IMG/VR virus record: IMGVR_UViG_3300046336_000175
Coordinates: 1 to 54,292 of that record
Direction: 5' to 3' (one strand)
DNA length: 54,292 bases
From: a virus
Lineage: Duplodnaviria > Caudoviricetes
Every line of letters starts with the position of its first letter. The first letter of the stretch is position 1. The notes under the pieces were generated by a model. That model worked only from the letters and a program-made list of their open reading frames with translations. It had not been told where the DNA came from and made no database searches. The translations under genes were made by a program, and so were the position numbers. This document shows positions 1 through 9,140 of the stretch, in pieces.

Positions 1-86
1 TGGTGTTGTACCCTTTCCCAGTGTGCTTTTGTCTCGGGCAGATGAAAGCAGGTGAGGGTGATTGGTTCTGGGATTGGAAGATCCTG

Positions 87-115
87 TTGACTTCTGAGAA
101 ATAATAGGGTACAAT
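87..115 (+). promoter_or_regulatory. sigma70-type early promoter
   Basis: TTGACT (87-92), 17 nt, TACAAT (110-115); ATG follows 7 nt later. Confidence 0.7.
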
Positions 116-122
116 AAACACT

Positions 123-1175
123 ATGCAAAACAAACACATCCCATTCAATGGTTCTGATTTCCGCATCGAGCGCGTCACCCTGCGTAAGATCTCTCAGAGT
201 ACGATCGACCCCACAATCACATTCACACGTGCTAACAGCCCCAAGCTGCATAAGGCAACATTGCCATCAGCCGTCGGGCGTACGCTGTATATGAATGCGA
301 ACAAAATTTCAAACTTTGTCGTAGGATACCCTACGGATCTGTTGTGGTTGGGGGAGAATGTGGTTTGTGCAATCGGCCCAAATAAGCAAGAGGTTACTCA
401 CGCTACTTCCGACCCAAGCTACACCTGGAAGTCTCAGATCGCACTTAATCTCGCCCGCATGCAGGATAAAATGCGCACATGGTCGAGCGATCGGTACTTT
501 GATGGTCAGTATGTGTACCAGTTTACTGGGGATCCTCAAAGCGTCAGCGGTAACTTTGGGTATCGTACTGCAGATACCTTCAATTTGTACCACGCATTCA
601 AGACGAATTTTGAGCCTAAAATTCGTGCAGGGTTTGCGTATAAGAGTGGAGGACAGTGGACCGTTACCCCACCAGCGACAGCGGTGTCTGGTGATGGGCG
701 AATCCAATTGTTGGGGGATGTTGAAGATCTGACGACGCAGAATGCTGCTGTGTATAACACATTTGATGGTATTGATGCTGCTCGATTTATCAACCTTTGT
801 TTTGTAAACTTCGCCGCCCGCAAGTTGACAAACCAATTTGAGTATACTGCAATCGAACCTCTAGGTATCCCCCTGCTAATGATTGAACACAAAACATTCA
901 ACTTGGGTGGTATTACTCGCGCAGTCCAACAAGTTACGCCCGCACCACTCAAATATACACACGCACTGGCATGGTTGATTGGACTGCACGCTGAATCTGA
1001 TACCCTGGCAAAGGTCGAGGTGTTGAAACAGTGCATTAAAATGTTGCTGACAAAGGGCTGTACTCGTACTGTTGTTGAGAAAAATGATGATGGTACGGTA
1101 AATACAGTGTCCAAGGGTGACCTGGTACGTTCCCTGCGTAACTCATTGGCCTCTTCTCCACTGATAACTTTCTAA
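123..1175 (+). CDS. hypothetical phage protein (350 aa)
   Basis: Long ORF directly behind a consensus promoter; no motif recognised. Confidence 0.75.
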   Translation: MQNKHIPFNGSDFRIERVTLRKISQSTIDPTITFTRANSPKLHKATLPSAVGRTLYMNANKISNFVVGYPTDLLWLGENVVCAIGPNKQEVTHATSDPSYTWKSQIALNLARMQDKMRTWSSDRYFDGQYVYQFTGDPQSVSGNFGYRTADTFNLYHAFKTNFEPKIRAGFAYKSGGQWTVTPPATAVSGDGRIQLLGDVEDLTTQNAAVYNTFDGIDAARFINLCFVNFAARKLTNQFEYTAIEPLGIPLLMIEHKTFNLGGITRAVQQVTPAPLKYTHALAWLIGLHAESDTLAKVEVLKQCIKMLLTKGCTRTVVEKNDDGTVNTVSKGDLVRSLRNSLASSPLITF

Positions 1176-1194
1176 GATATTTCGTGGCACTTCG

Positions 1195-1222
1195 TTGACT
1201 TTATCCCAAATGCGTGTATAAT
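1195..1222 (+). promoter_or_regulatory. sigma70-type early promoter
   Basis: TTGACT (1195-1200), 16 nt, TATAAT (1217-1222). Confidence 0.7.
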
Positions 1223-1265
1223 TGAGTCATCACACAAACACTTCTTAATTAATAGAAAGCACAGT

Positions 1266-2312
1266 ATGTCACTCCAAATTCGCCCCGCCACCCTACAAAC
1301 TACCGCATACAAACCAACAGAAAACCGTTTGTTCAAAGCTTCCAGTGTTGTACCAATTCAGACACCTACTGGTTTGAAAATGCGAATCGATGGTGCGTAT
1401 GATATGAACTTTCCTAAATCGAGTGACGTTGCAAAACAATACGAGATGGGAACGGCTCCGGAATTATTGGTTCGTCCTTATGTTGGCGGTACTTTCCATG
1501 TTGTGGATGAACAAATCATCGATCACCGTAAAAATGACTACAAAGGGTATATCCACACTGAAGCTGCTGTGCGCGAATTGAGTAACCGAATTGGGTTTGT
1601 CAAATCTTCGAGCAATTCGGAAATCGTCGCGCGGAATACTACATCCAAATTTGAACACAGTGCCTTCAATTCCAGCGGCGGTCAGTTTGATGTTGATATC
1701 GGATTCAATTGGTCAGCGTTTTCTCCTAATGTAGAGTCTCACTTTGAGATGGTACGAGCACTGTGCGAAAATCAGATGATCTTTGGCAAAGGCACAGTGA
1801 TGTCTCGGACTGTCCCGATTATTAATAACTGGGAATCCAACATGGAAGTTGCTAACCACGTGTTGAAGCGAATTTTCGAAACGACCATCAGTCAGCGTCT
1901 TGCTGACATGCCTTCGGAGCGAATCAACCTCGCTGATGTGAAATTGTTGGGTCATCAAATTGAATCTGTGTTGGCGAGTGATAAGATTCAGAAGCAGGCC
2001 CGAGCATTTGTTAACAACATCAAAGCAAAGTTGTCTCCAATTATCGAGATGCCTGGGATGCGTTCACTTGCACTGAATGATCTGAAGCGGATTGCTTCTC
2101 CAGTATCTGTTTTTGATGCTTTCAACATCGCCACTGAGATGACATCACACTATATGCCTGAAGATGTATCTTCTAGTAAGTTGCAAGCATTCAGTAACAG
2201 CTGTATATTTGATCGCAAGCGCCAGATGAACATCGCATCAGAAAGCATGGATTGTGTGTCAGATACGTTCAATGATGCTGATACAGCATTCTTTGCAGAA
2301 ACTTGCCACTAA
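1266..2312 (+). CDS. DUF932/DUF945-like phage protein
   Basis: VRALCENQM and SVFDAFNIATE resemble the RxxCxNG and xxNxxTE motifs of DUF932; family call tentative. Confidence 0.5.
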   Translation: MSLQIRPATLQTTAYKPTENRLFKASSVVPIQTPTGLKMRIDGAYDMNFPKSSDVAKQYEMGTAPELLVRPYVGGTFHVVDEQIIDHRKNDYKGYIHTEAAVRELSNRIGFVKSSSNSEIVARNTTSKFEHSAFNSSGGQFDVDIGFNWSAFSPNVESHFEMVRALCENQMIFGKGTVMSRTVPIINNWESNMEVANHVLKRIFETTISQRLADMPSERINLADVKLLGHQIESVLASDKIQKQARAFVNNIKAKLSPIIEMPGMRSLALNDLKRIASPVSVFDAFNIATEMTSHYMPEDVSSSKLQAFSNSCIFDRKRQMNIASESMDCVSDTFNDADTAFFAETCH

Positions 2313-2327
2313 GGGAGTCGGCCGCAC

Positions 2328-2558
2328 ATGGTACAAGAAATTCCAAAGCTGTCTAAGACAGCACTCGCAAACTTTCGGACTCGACTCACTTTCTGGACTA
2401 GGCGGGTTATTATTCAGGTACAAGTACAGACCGACTACACTTCTCAACTCACAGGATCAATCTTGAGGCACCCCACATTTCACTGGCGTGATTTAACTTC
2501 AAGTGACCTGACAACTAATCCCAAATTTTTAGAAATTTTGACAAGGAAATTAAAATGA
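2328..2558 (+). CDS. hypothetical protein
   Basis: GGGAG upstream; tiles between neighbours and overlaps next gene by ATGA. Confidence 0.65.
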   Translation: MVQEIPKLSKTALANFRTRLTFWTRRVIIQVQVQTDYTSQLTGSILRHPTFHWRDLTSSDLTTNPKFLEILTRKLK

Positions 2559-2929
2559 ACACCACTCGAACTCAACTCACTACAACTATTGTCCGTCATC
2601 TCCGCCATAAGAATTCAGCCAATTCGAATCTTGGAGGAATCACATTTGTATTTGACATCCACCACGACACAAATCAGTTTGCAGTTGGATACGCGGTATG
2701 CAACAAAGATGATAATTTTAGCAAACATCGTGGTCGTTCCTTAGCAACGGTTCGCAAAGAATGTAGCAACCTTCTTCCGCTCGATGCGGCTATCTCGCTA
2801 GTGGACAATGTTACGACCGTAATTAATAATACGCCAGATGCCCTGCTATCTCGCTCACAGCGTATTTTGAAACAAGAGCTGAAATCATACGCTGTGAACG
2901 CCGCGACTCGCCTCGGATTTTTGGTATGA
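2555..2929 (+). CDS. small phage protein with GxAxCxxxDxFxxxxGxxxA motif
   Basis: AAGGA RBS, ATGA coupling, motif GYAVCNKDDNFSKHRGRSLA. Confidence 0.7.
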   Translation: MNTTRTQLTTTIVRHLRHKNSANSNLGGITFVFDIHHDTNQFAVGYAVCNKDDNFSKHRGRSLATVRKECSNLLPLDAAISLVDNVTTVINNTPDALLSRSQRILKQELKSYAVNAATRLGFLV

Positions 2930-3168
2930 CAGTAACATTCAACTCTAATCTGAGCGGCTATTCTAGTGATCAATTCATATTTGAAGAGCAATTGGTTAAG
3001 TTGACTGGGAGGTTCGCAAGTAAGCCGCATCAACCTGGAATCAAAGCCAGCGATACACTTCGTGCTGGCTTAGTTGAGGTTGAGTTCTTGCAACCAACTG
3101 GCAAAGATGATGTAATCAGAATATGCAAGTGGGTGAAGTTCCACGAATTATATAGAATTGAGAATTAA
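2926..3168 (+). CDS. hypothetical protein
   Basis: ATGA overlap with upstream gene; abuts downstream gene. Confidence 0.65.
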   Translation: MTVTFNSNLSGYSSDQFIFEEQLVKLTGRFASKPHQPGIKASDTLRAGLVEVEFLQPTGKDDVIRICKWVKFHELYRIEN

Positions 3169-3351
3169 ATGGAAGCTTTTTTGTGGTTAGTGGGAATTTT
3201 TAGTATTCTGTTGATGATTTTGTTCGGTCCATTGTGGGCTGAGGCGTACCCAACTAACAGGTTTGCTCAATATGTGGGGGCGATTGGTACTATTGGATTG
3301 GCCGTCCTGGCGCTATTTGCGATAGCATCACTATTCGACAAAGATAAATGA
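3169..3351 (+). CDS. small two-TM membrane protein
   Basis: Two hydrophobic stretches; tight tiling with neighbours. Confidence 0.65.
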   Translation: MEAFLWLVGIFSILLMILFGPLWAEAYPTNRFAQYVGAIGTIGLAVLALFAIASLFDKDK

Positions 3352-3926
3352 ATAAATTCGCAATCTTCCTAGATTTTGATGATGTGTTAATTGAGGCCAC
3401 GAACCAAAAGCACCCGCTATCTCTCAAGGCTAATTATTGGACAACTAACGATTTCAGCTTCAACTCAACTTCACTGTATGCTTTACGGCAATTGACAACG
3501 CATCTGGAAGAAGCCGGGGTGTCGCCCATTATTGTACTGAGTACGAGCTGGATTAAATACGCCACCCGTAAGGTATTGTGGCAATTGTTGAGCCGAAACT
3601 TCCCGAAATCCGTGATTGATCTTGAACTGACGTTCTCTTGCCGCCCAGTAGTAGTAAACCGGAGACAGAGGATTGAAGTATGGCTGGCAGAGTACGCTGA
3701 CCAGTTAGCTACTCCACACTCTTACTTCATCCTGGATGACACCTATTCAGGCACGGGTCTAGTTGATTTCCGGTACCCATCACCCAATACCAATACACTT
3801 GACCAACGAACACTCTTGACAAATTGGGGTAGCAATGGAGAAAGTTATTCGAATAGGTTCCTAACCACAGACCACACCACGTTAATTGCAACGCAACTAC
3901 TTTACCTTCAAACGGAACCAAAATGA
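3348..3926 (+). CDS. HAD-superfamily phosphatase (RNA-repair-associated HAD_SAK-like)
   Basis: FLDFDDVL (motif I), IVLSTSW (motif II), YFILDD (motif IV). Confidence 0.7.
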   Translation: MNKFAIFLDFDDVLIEATNQKHPLSLKANYWTTNDFSFNSTSLYALRQLTTHLEEAGVSPIIVLSTSWIKYATRKVLWQLLSRNFPKSVIDLELTFSCRPVVVNRRQRIEVWLAEYADQLATPHSYFILDDTYSGTGLVDFRYPSPNTNTLDQRTLLTNWGSNGESYSNRFLTTDHTTLIATQLLYLQTEPK

Positions 3927-3978
3927 TTTTGTATTTCATCACACTTGTTATCGCCATCGCTATAATCTCTCAGTTACA

Positions 3979-5079
3979 ATGAGCACTTACCAACCGGCAC
4001 CAAGCCCATTGCGTGTGGGTGACAAATTTGTATTACTGCACACACCGCCCCGGACCGGAGAAACCACACCACCACAATGCGGTGTGCAGTATATAGTATT
4101 GGATGCGCACGATGAGCGTGCCAGCATCCAGTTTGAATCAGTAGCAGACCCGGGCGCCGCCGCCCGCAGTTGGTGGAGAAATCGCGAAGATGTCTATTAT
4201 ACAACCACTCCCACCCAGGCAATCACTCCTCAGATAGGTATTGTGGGATATGGCTTCGTCGGGCAAGCGGTATCTGCAGCATTTAGCACAAGGTGTAAGG
4301 TCTTAGTATATGATACCAAGCTTGCCAACACCAAGTTAGCAGATCTAAAATCTTGCTCAGTCATCTTTATTTGTGTCCCAACGAATGCCACAAATAGCAT
4401 GGGTGTCGCTGAATATGACACAACAGCATTAGATAGGTCTCTTGAGCAGTTGGCCGAACTCAACTACAGTGGAGTGGTAATCATCAAATCCACCACACCG
4501 ATTGATTGGTGGGATGAAAAAAGCTCTACACCTAAACTATCAGTAGTATATTGCCCAGAATTTCTGACGGAGCGCTGCGCCACATCCGATTTTCTAGCGA
4601 GATCTCACCACATTGTCGGCACCACAGACCCTCACAATGCAGTATTTGTGAAAACTCTATATAACGACTACGGATCTTTTGACCGGTGTGTAACAGTAAC
4701 TCAGCTTACTCCAAAAGAAGCTGCTCTTGCTAAGATAATTACAAATACTGCACTTGCTGTTAAGGTTGCGCTCGCAAATCAAATGTTTGACATATTTCTG
4801 GATTATGTGCACCCGGCGGGCGACACATTGAACGTCGGCGCTGAATGGGATAAATTTATCGCTGTAGTTACTGCTAATGATCCAAGACTTGGGACGACGC
4901 ACTGGAGCGTACCTGGTCACACAGGCTATGGGTATGGGGGTAAGTGCTTGCCGTCGTCCATCAACCACTTTAGTAGCCTCGTTGTGGCCAGTGGGACTCC
5001 TAACTTCCATAACATAGCACTCGCTGCAAGTGAGTATAATGAATCATTGCACTATCTGAATGGTGTTGGTGGGGATTGA
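3979..5079 (+). CDS. UDP-glucose/GDP-mannose dehydrogenase family protein with extra N-terminal domain
   Basis: IGIVGYGFVG Rossmann motif, FICVPT, IIKST, PEFL, GYGGKCLP; ATG 3979 preferred over TTG 3886. Confidence 0.85.
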   Translation: MSTYQPAPSPLRVGDKFVLLHTPPRTGETTPPQCGVQYIVLDAHDERASIQFESVADPGAAARSWWRNREDVYYTTTPTQAITPQIGIVGYGFVGQAVSAAFSTRCKVLVYDTKLANTKLADLKSCSVIFICVPTNATNSMGVAEYDTTALDRSLEQLAELNYSGVVIIKSTTPIDWWDEKSSTPKLSVVYCPEFLTERCATSDFLARSHHIVGTTDPHNAVFVKTLYNDYGSFDRCVTVTQLTPKEAALAKIITNTALAVKVALANQMFDIFLDYVHPAGDTLNVGAEWDKFIAVVTANDPRLGTTHWSVPGHTGYGYGGKCLPSSINHFSSLVVASGTPNFHNIALAASEYNESLHYLNGVGGD

Positions 5080-5099
5080 TACCGCCCCCACCACCCACA

Positions 5100-5105
5100 T
5101 AAATA
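5100..5105 (+). promoter_or_regulatory. T4-late-like TAAATA promoter element
   Basis: ATAAATAG about 50 nt upstream of nuclease A; same motif precedes structural genes. Confidence 0.5.
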
Positions 5106-5156
5106 GATCACTACACTATTGATACGTTAGAGGGACCGTTTAACCCTCACTAAATT

Positions 5157-6569
5157 TTGAAATATACACACGAATTATTTTTAGAAAAAGCATGTGATGT
5201 TCACGGTGATCGATACGATTACTCAAGCGTGATCTGGACTCCAACCACGCACTCGAAAACAAAAGTAGCAATCACCTGCAAAAAACACGGCGTTTTCAAC
5301 CAGACAATTACTGCTCACATAAACAACCCATCTAACTGTCCAACATGCGGAGGCAAAGCCCGACACACTCTTGATACATTTATTGCCAGGTCACACATCG
5401 TACATGGCAATAAATATGATTATAGCTCTGTTCACTGGACACCAGATACAGGAGCCATGACCCCAATTGTGATCACCTGTAAAACTCACGGGCCATTCAC
5501 TCAGTTGCTCAACAGCCACGTCAACAACGGGTATGGGTGCCAAAGCTGTGCAGGTAACGCTACTCACAGTATCAAGTCCTTCACCAAACTTGCTAACACA
5601 ATCCACCACAACAAGTATGATTATAGTCACATAAACCAGACGCAAAAGCTCACAAATTCGTCTGAAGTAACAATTTGCTGCCCCGACCACGGGAAATTTA
5701 ACCAGACTGTATTTGGGCACATCCACAGCAAGGTTGGGTGCATGATTTGCAGTAAAAGAACTAGATACACTCAGGCGGCATTTGCACGACGTGTAGAACA
5801 AACACATGGCAACAAGTATGATTACTCCCTCGTAGATTGGGACACAAGTGTCGCATCAGATTCTAAGATCCCCATTGTATGTGCTATCCATGGGACGTTC
5901 CACCAAACTGTTGATTCTCATGTGATGCGTGGATCTGGTTGCCCTGCCTGTGCTGGCAATGCTCGCATCACCCGCGAATCATTTATCACTCGAGCCAACC
6001 TAATTCACAATTCTAAATATGATTACTCAAGTGTGGTCTGGACTCCGACGATGAACGCACTATCAATGGTTGAGATTGTGTGTAAGACACACGGCCAATT
6101 TAACCAAACGATAAACAACCATGTCAACATCGGAAGTGGTTGTCAGGCTTGCAGTGCGAGTAAAGGGGAAGCAGCAATTACTGCTTGGTTGGTGATCAAC
6201 AACATTAAGTTCCAACGTGAGCACAAATTCCCAGATTGCACAAACCCCATCACAAACCATAAACTTCGATTTGACTTCTACCTACCAGATCACAACACGT
6301 GCATCGAATTTCATGGCGGGCAGCACTACAAACCAGTATCATTTGGTTCTAGTAAACAAGTTAAAGATATCGAGGCAATTTTTGTTGCTAGTCAGGAGCG
6401 AGATAACATCAAGCAACAATATTGTTTGGCTACTGGGATATCACTGCTCGTAATTCCTTTCTCTCTGATTTCAGTGATACCGGAATTAATGACAACACAT
6501 CTACTTCAACTAGACAGCCCGGTGCAAAACAATACTAATACGAGCAACCACGCAACATCAACAAATTAA
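5157..6569 (+). CDS. Zn-repeat (DUF723-like) nuclease A: 5 modules + PD-(D/E)xK/Vsr-like domain; putative free-standing homing endonuclease
   Basis: 5x HGxKYDYS..CxxHGxFxQxxxxH..GCxxC, then SKGE..FDFYLPDHNTCIEFHGGQHY; TTG start. Confidence 0.8.
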   Translation: MKYTHELFLEKACDVHGDRYDYSSVIWTPTTHSKTKVAITCKKHGVFNQTITAHINNPSNCPTCGGKARHTLDTFIARSHIVHGNKYDYSSVHWTPDTGAMTPIVITCKTHGPFTQLLNSHVNNGYGCQSCAGNATHSIKSFTKLANTIHHNKYDYSHINQTQKLTNSSEVTICCPDHGKFNQTVFGHIHSKVGCMICSKRTRYTQAAFARRVEQTHGNKYDYSLVDWDTSVASDSKIPIVCAIHGTFHQTVDSHVMRGSGCPACAGNARITRESFITRANLIHNSKYDYSSVVWTPTMNALSMVEIVCKTHGQFNQTINNHVNIGSGCQACSASKGEAAITAWLVINNIKFQREHKFPDCTNPITNHKLRFDFYLPDHNTCIEFHGGQHYKPVSFGSSKQVKDIEAIFVASQERDNIKQQYCLATGISLLVIPFSLISVIPELMTTHLLQLDSPVQNNTNTSNHATSTN

Positions 6570-6586
6570 CAATTCACCGAATCAGG

Positions 6587-6615
6587 TTGTATACAGATTA
6601 GCATTCCGCTAAGAT
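6587..6615 (+). promoter_or_regulatory. sigma70-type promoter of SSB gene
   Basis: TTGTAT, 17 nt, TAAGAT in the intergenic region. Confidence 0.5.
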
Positions 6616-6687
6616 AGAGCAATCGGTAAATCGTTTACTGGGACCGAATAAACCAGATTTTACTTTAATATCAAGGACTTATAAATT

Positions 6688-7656
6688 ATGATTAACAACA
6701 AAAACTTCAATATTGAAAAAGCTCGTGCAGCATTTTCTAAATCCAGTGGCCCAAAATCAGACCGACCACAGTACTACCCATTCTACAAGATGGCTATCGG
6801 TAAGAGCGCAACACTGCGATTCCTCCCAGATGCTAATCAGGATAATGATTTAGGGTTCCTGAAAGAACGAAAGTTGTGGGAGACTACAATTGATGGTGAA
6901 AAGGTTCGTGCAACATCTCTCGAATCGTTCGGCGAACCATGCCCGATTCTGGCACTGTCCCGCCAATTCTACAAGGCGAATGATAAGGTCAATGGCAAGA
7001 AGTTCTGGCCAAAGACAGACTATATGGCACGCGCTATTGTTGTTAAAGACGGTCTGCCACCAGATCCTGAAACAGGTGAGACCTACACAGGCAAGGTTGT
7101 TACCCTAGCACTTGGTAAAACTTTGTATGATATCATCAGCCACGGAATTTCTTCAGGTGAGCTTGGTGATGATTTACCTTGTCACACAGAAAATGGTGTT
7201 GATTTCATTATCAACCGTTCTGAGAAAAAAGGTCCAAATGGTGAGTCATGGTCTGATTACTCACTTTCTAAATTCGCTCGCTCTAACCGTGCGCTGACTG
7301 AAGATGAACTCGTGGTGGTCGAATTTACCGACGAAAACGGCGGTACTCCCAACTTTGTAGACCTCCAAGTACTCTTGGGAAAGAAGCCAACGGTGGAGTA
7401 TCTCGAAGGTTTGATTGAAGATGTGTTGTCAGAGTCTGGAATGGATGCTCCAGCAGCACCTAAAAAAGCAGTGCAACGCCGGCCCACCGTTGTTGAAGAA
7501 GATGATGTACCTGCAGTTCGTCCAGCAACAAAATCTAAGCAAGTTGCACCTGTTGAAGATGAAGCAGAAGCATTCTTAGCTCAAGTTCGTGCATCCCGCG
7601 CAGCAAAAGCACCTACAAAAGTGACGCCTGATATGGACGATGATATTCCATATTGA
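6688..7656 (+). CDS. single-stranded DNA-binding protein, T4 gp32-like
   Basis: ATLRFLPD, GEPCPI, GVDFII..DYSLSKF; acidic tail DMDDDIPY; AAGGA RBS; near uvsX. Confidence 0.85.
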   Translation: MINNKNFNIEKARAAFSKSSGPKSDRPQYYPFYKMAIGKSATLRFLPDANQDNDLGFLKERKLWETTIDGEKVRATSLESFGEPCPILALSRQFYKANDKVNGKKFWPKTDYMARAIVVKDGLPPDPETGETYTGKVVTLALGKTLYDIISHGISSGELGDDLPCHTENGVDFIINRSEKKGPNGESWSDYSLSKFARSNRALTEDELVVVEFTDENGGTPNFVDLQVLLGKKPTVEYLEGLIEDVLSESGMDAPAAPKKAVQRRPTVVEEDDVPAVRPATKSKQVAPVEDEAEAFLAQVRASRAAKAPTKVTPDMDDDIPY

Positions 7657-7688
7657 TTAGTACCACAAGAGTATAGTTTAATATACAT

Positions 7689-7711
7689 AGGGGGCCCAGT
7701 GCTCCCTTTTT
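7689..7711 (+). terminator. probable intrinsic terminator after SSB gene
   Basis: AGGGGGC-CCAGT-GCTCCCT hairpin (one G:U) followed by T run. Confidence 0.5.
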
Positions 7712-7721
7712 CAGTTACCAA

Positions 7722-9140
7722 ATGCATACAGCAAGATTAACACTAGAAACATTCCTCACAAACGCGCGTGCAATCCATGGGGACAAGTACGACTATTCTT
7801 CTGTTGTCTGGACACCAGAGACAAAATCCAAAACTAAGTTAGATATAGTGTGCCGAACTCATGGGGTGTTCAGGATGGCTATAAACAATCATACCTGCAG
7901 CAAACAAGGGTGTCCAGAGTGTTCACCTAACAAGAGATATACATTGGCATTGTTTGTCGACCGAGCGCGGGTTGTACACGGGGACAAGTACGACTATTCA
8001 ACAATTAACTGGGATGTTACTACCACAAAGCAAACAAAAGTTGCGATCACCTGCCAGGTGCACGGCGTATTCTTGAAATCAGCAGCTGAACACATTCAGA
8101 GTAAGGTCGGTTGTCCGGGGTGTAGTACTAGACAGAAGTATACAAGCAAAGAGAACTTTGTGGCTCGAGCGCGTGCAATCCATGGGGACAAGTACGACTA
8201 TTCTTCTGTTGAATGGCAAAATGGAATGAAAGCGATAACAAAAGTTGCGATCACCTGTCCCGCACATGGTGTGTTCGTTCAACGAATTTCCGAGCACGCG
8301 CAGGCTGAGCACGGTTGTTACAAGTGCCATAAGACACCTACTACCCATTCACTCTCTGGTTTGCTGACAAGATTCGTGGGAGTACACGGGAACAAGTACG
8401 ACTATTCTTCTGTTGTCTGGACACCTGATACAAATCTACAAACCAAAGTAACAATTATCTGTAAGGATCACGGCGCATTTCAACAAGCAGTTGGTGGACA
8501 CACCAAGGGCCGAGGCTGCCAGTCCTGTGCAGGACAAGAGCGTTATTCTTCAGTGGATAACATTGTCAAGAGAGCTCATAGCATTCACGGAAATCGATAT
8601 GACTATTCTCGCGTTGAATGGACAGACACTACAAATGCTGCGAGTAAGATTACAATAATCTGTACGAAGCACGGGGAGTTTACTCAACGGATTGGCGATC
8701 ACATCAGTGACAGCAATGGCTGCCCGAAGTGTAAAGCAAGCAGGGGTGAGGTTGCGATAGGCACATGGCTTGATAACTATAAAGTACGGTATAATCAAGA
8801 GCACAAATTCCCAAATTGTAGGAATCCTGGCACTGGTAAGCAATTGCGCTTTGACTTCTATCTACCTGATCACAACACGTGCATTGAATTTCATGGTGGG
8901 CAGCACTACAAACCATTCGACTTTGTTGGTGGTCGGAGAAAGCAAGCGATAGGGTCTACTCGCCAACACAAGCCTTCAGAAGCATCTGAACTAGAATTTC
9001 ACAAGTCTCTTGAGAGAGATCGCATCAAGGCAGAATACTGCAATCAGAATGGCATCCGACTCCTAGTAATTCCGTATACAGAATTGCCGCGAGTTTCTGA
9101 GATCTTGAAACGTGAGGTCAGCGTCCACGATGGCTGCTAA
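7722..9140 (+). CDS. Zn-repeat nuclease B: 5 modules + PD-(D/E)xK-like domain
   Basis: Same repeat consensus; SRGE..FDFYLPDHNTCIEFHGGQHY. Confidence 0.8.
   Translation: MHTARLTLETFLTNARAIHGDKYDYSSVVWTPETKSKTKLDIVCRTHGVFRMAINNHTCSKQGCPECSPNKRYTLALFVDRARVVHGDKYDYSTINWDVTTTKQTKVAITCQVHGVFLKSAAEHIQSKVGCPGCSTRQKYTSKENFVARARAIHGDKYDYSSVEWQNGMKAITKVAITCPAHGVFVQRISEHAQAEHGCYKCHKTPTTHSLSGLLTRFVGVHGNKYDYSSVVWTPDTNLQTKVTIICKDHGAFQQAVGGHTKGRGCQSCAGQERYSSVDNIVKRAHSIHGNRYDYSRVEWTDTTNAASKITIICTKHGEFTQRIGDHISDSNGCPKCKASRGEVAIGTWLDNYKVRYNQEHKFPNCRNPGTGKQLRFDFYLPDHNTCIEFHGGQHYKPFDFVGGRRKQAIGSTRQHKPSEASELEFHKSLERDRIKAEYCNQNGIRLLVIPYTELPRVSEILKREVSVHDGC

Noticed and set aside
3886-3978. Upstream extensions given by the ORF track (e.g. 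3886, 9112, 18945, 19870, 22768, 49669, 54050)
   Set aside because: Most overlap neighbouring genes; internal ATGs fit RBS position, gene tiling and domain starts better
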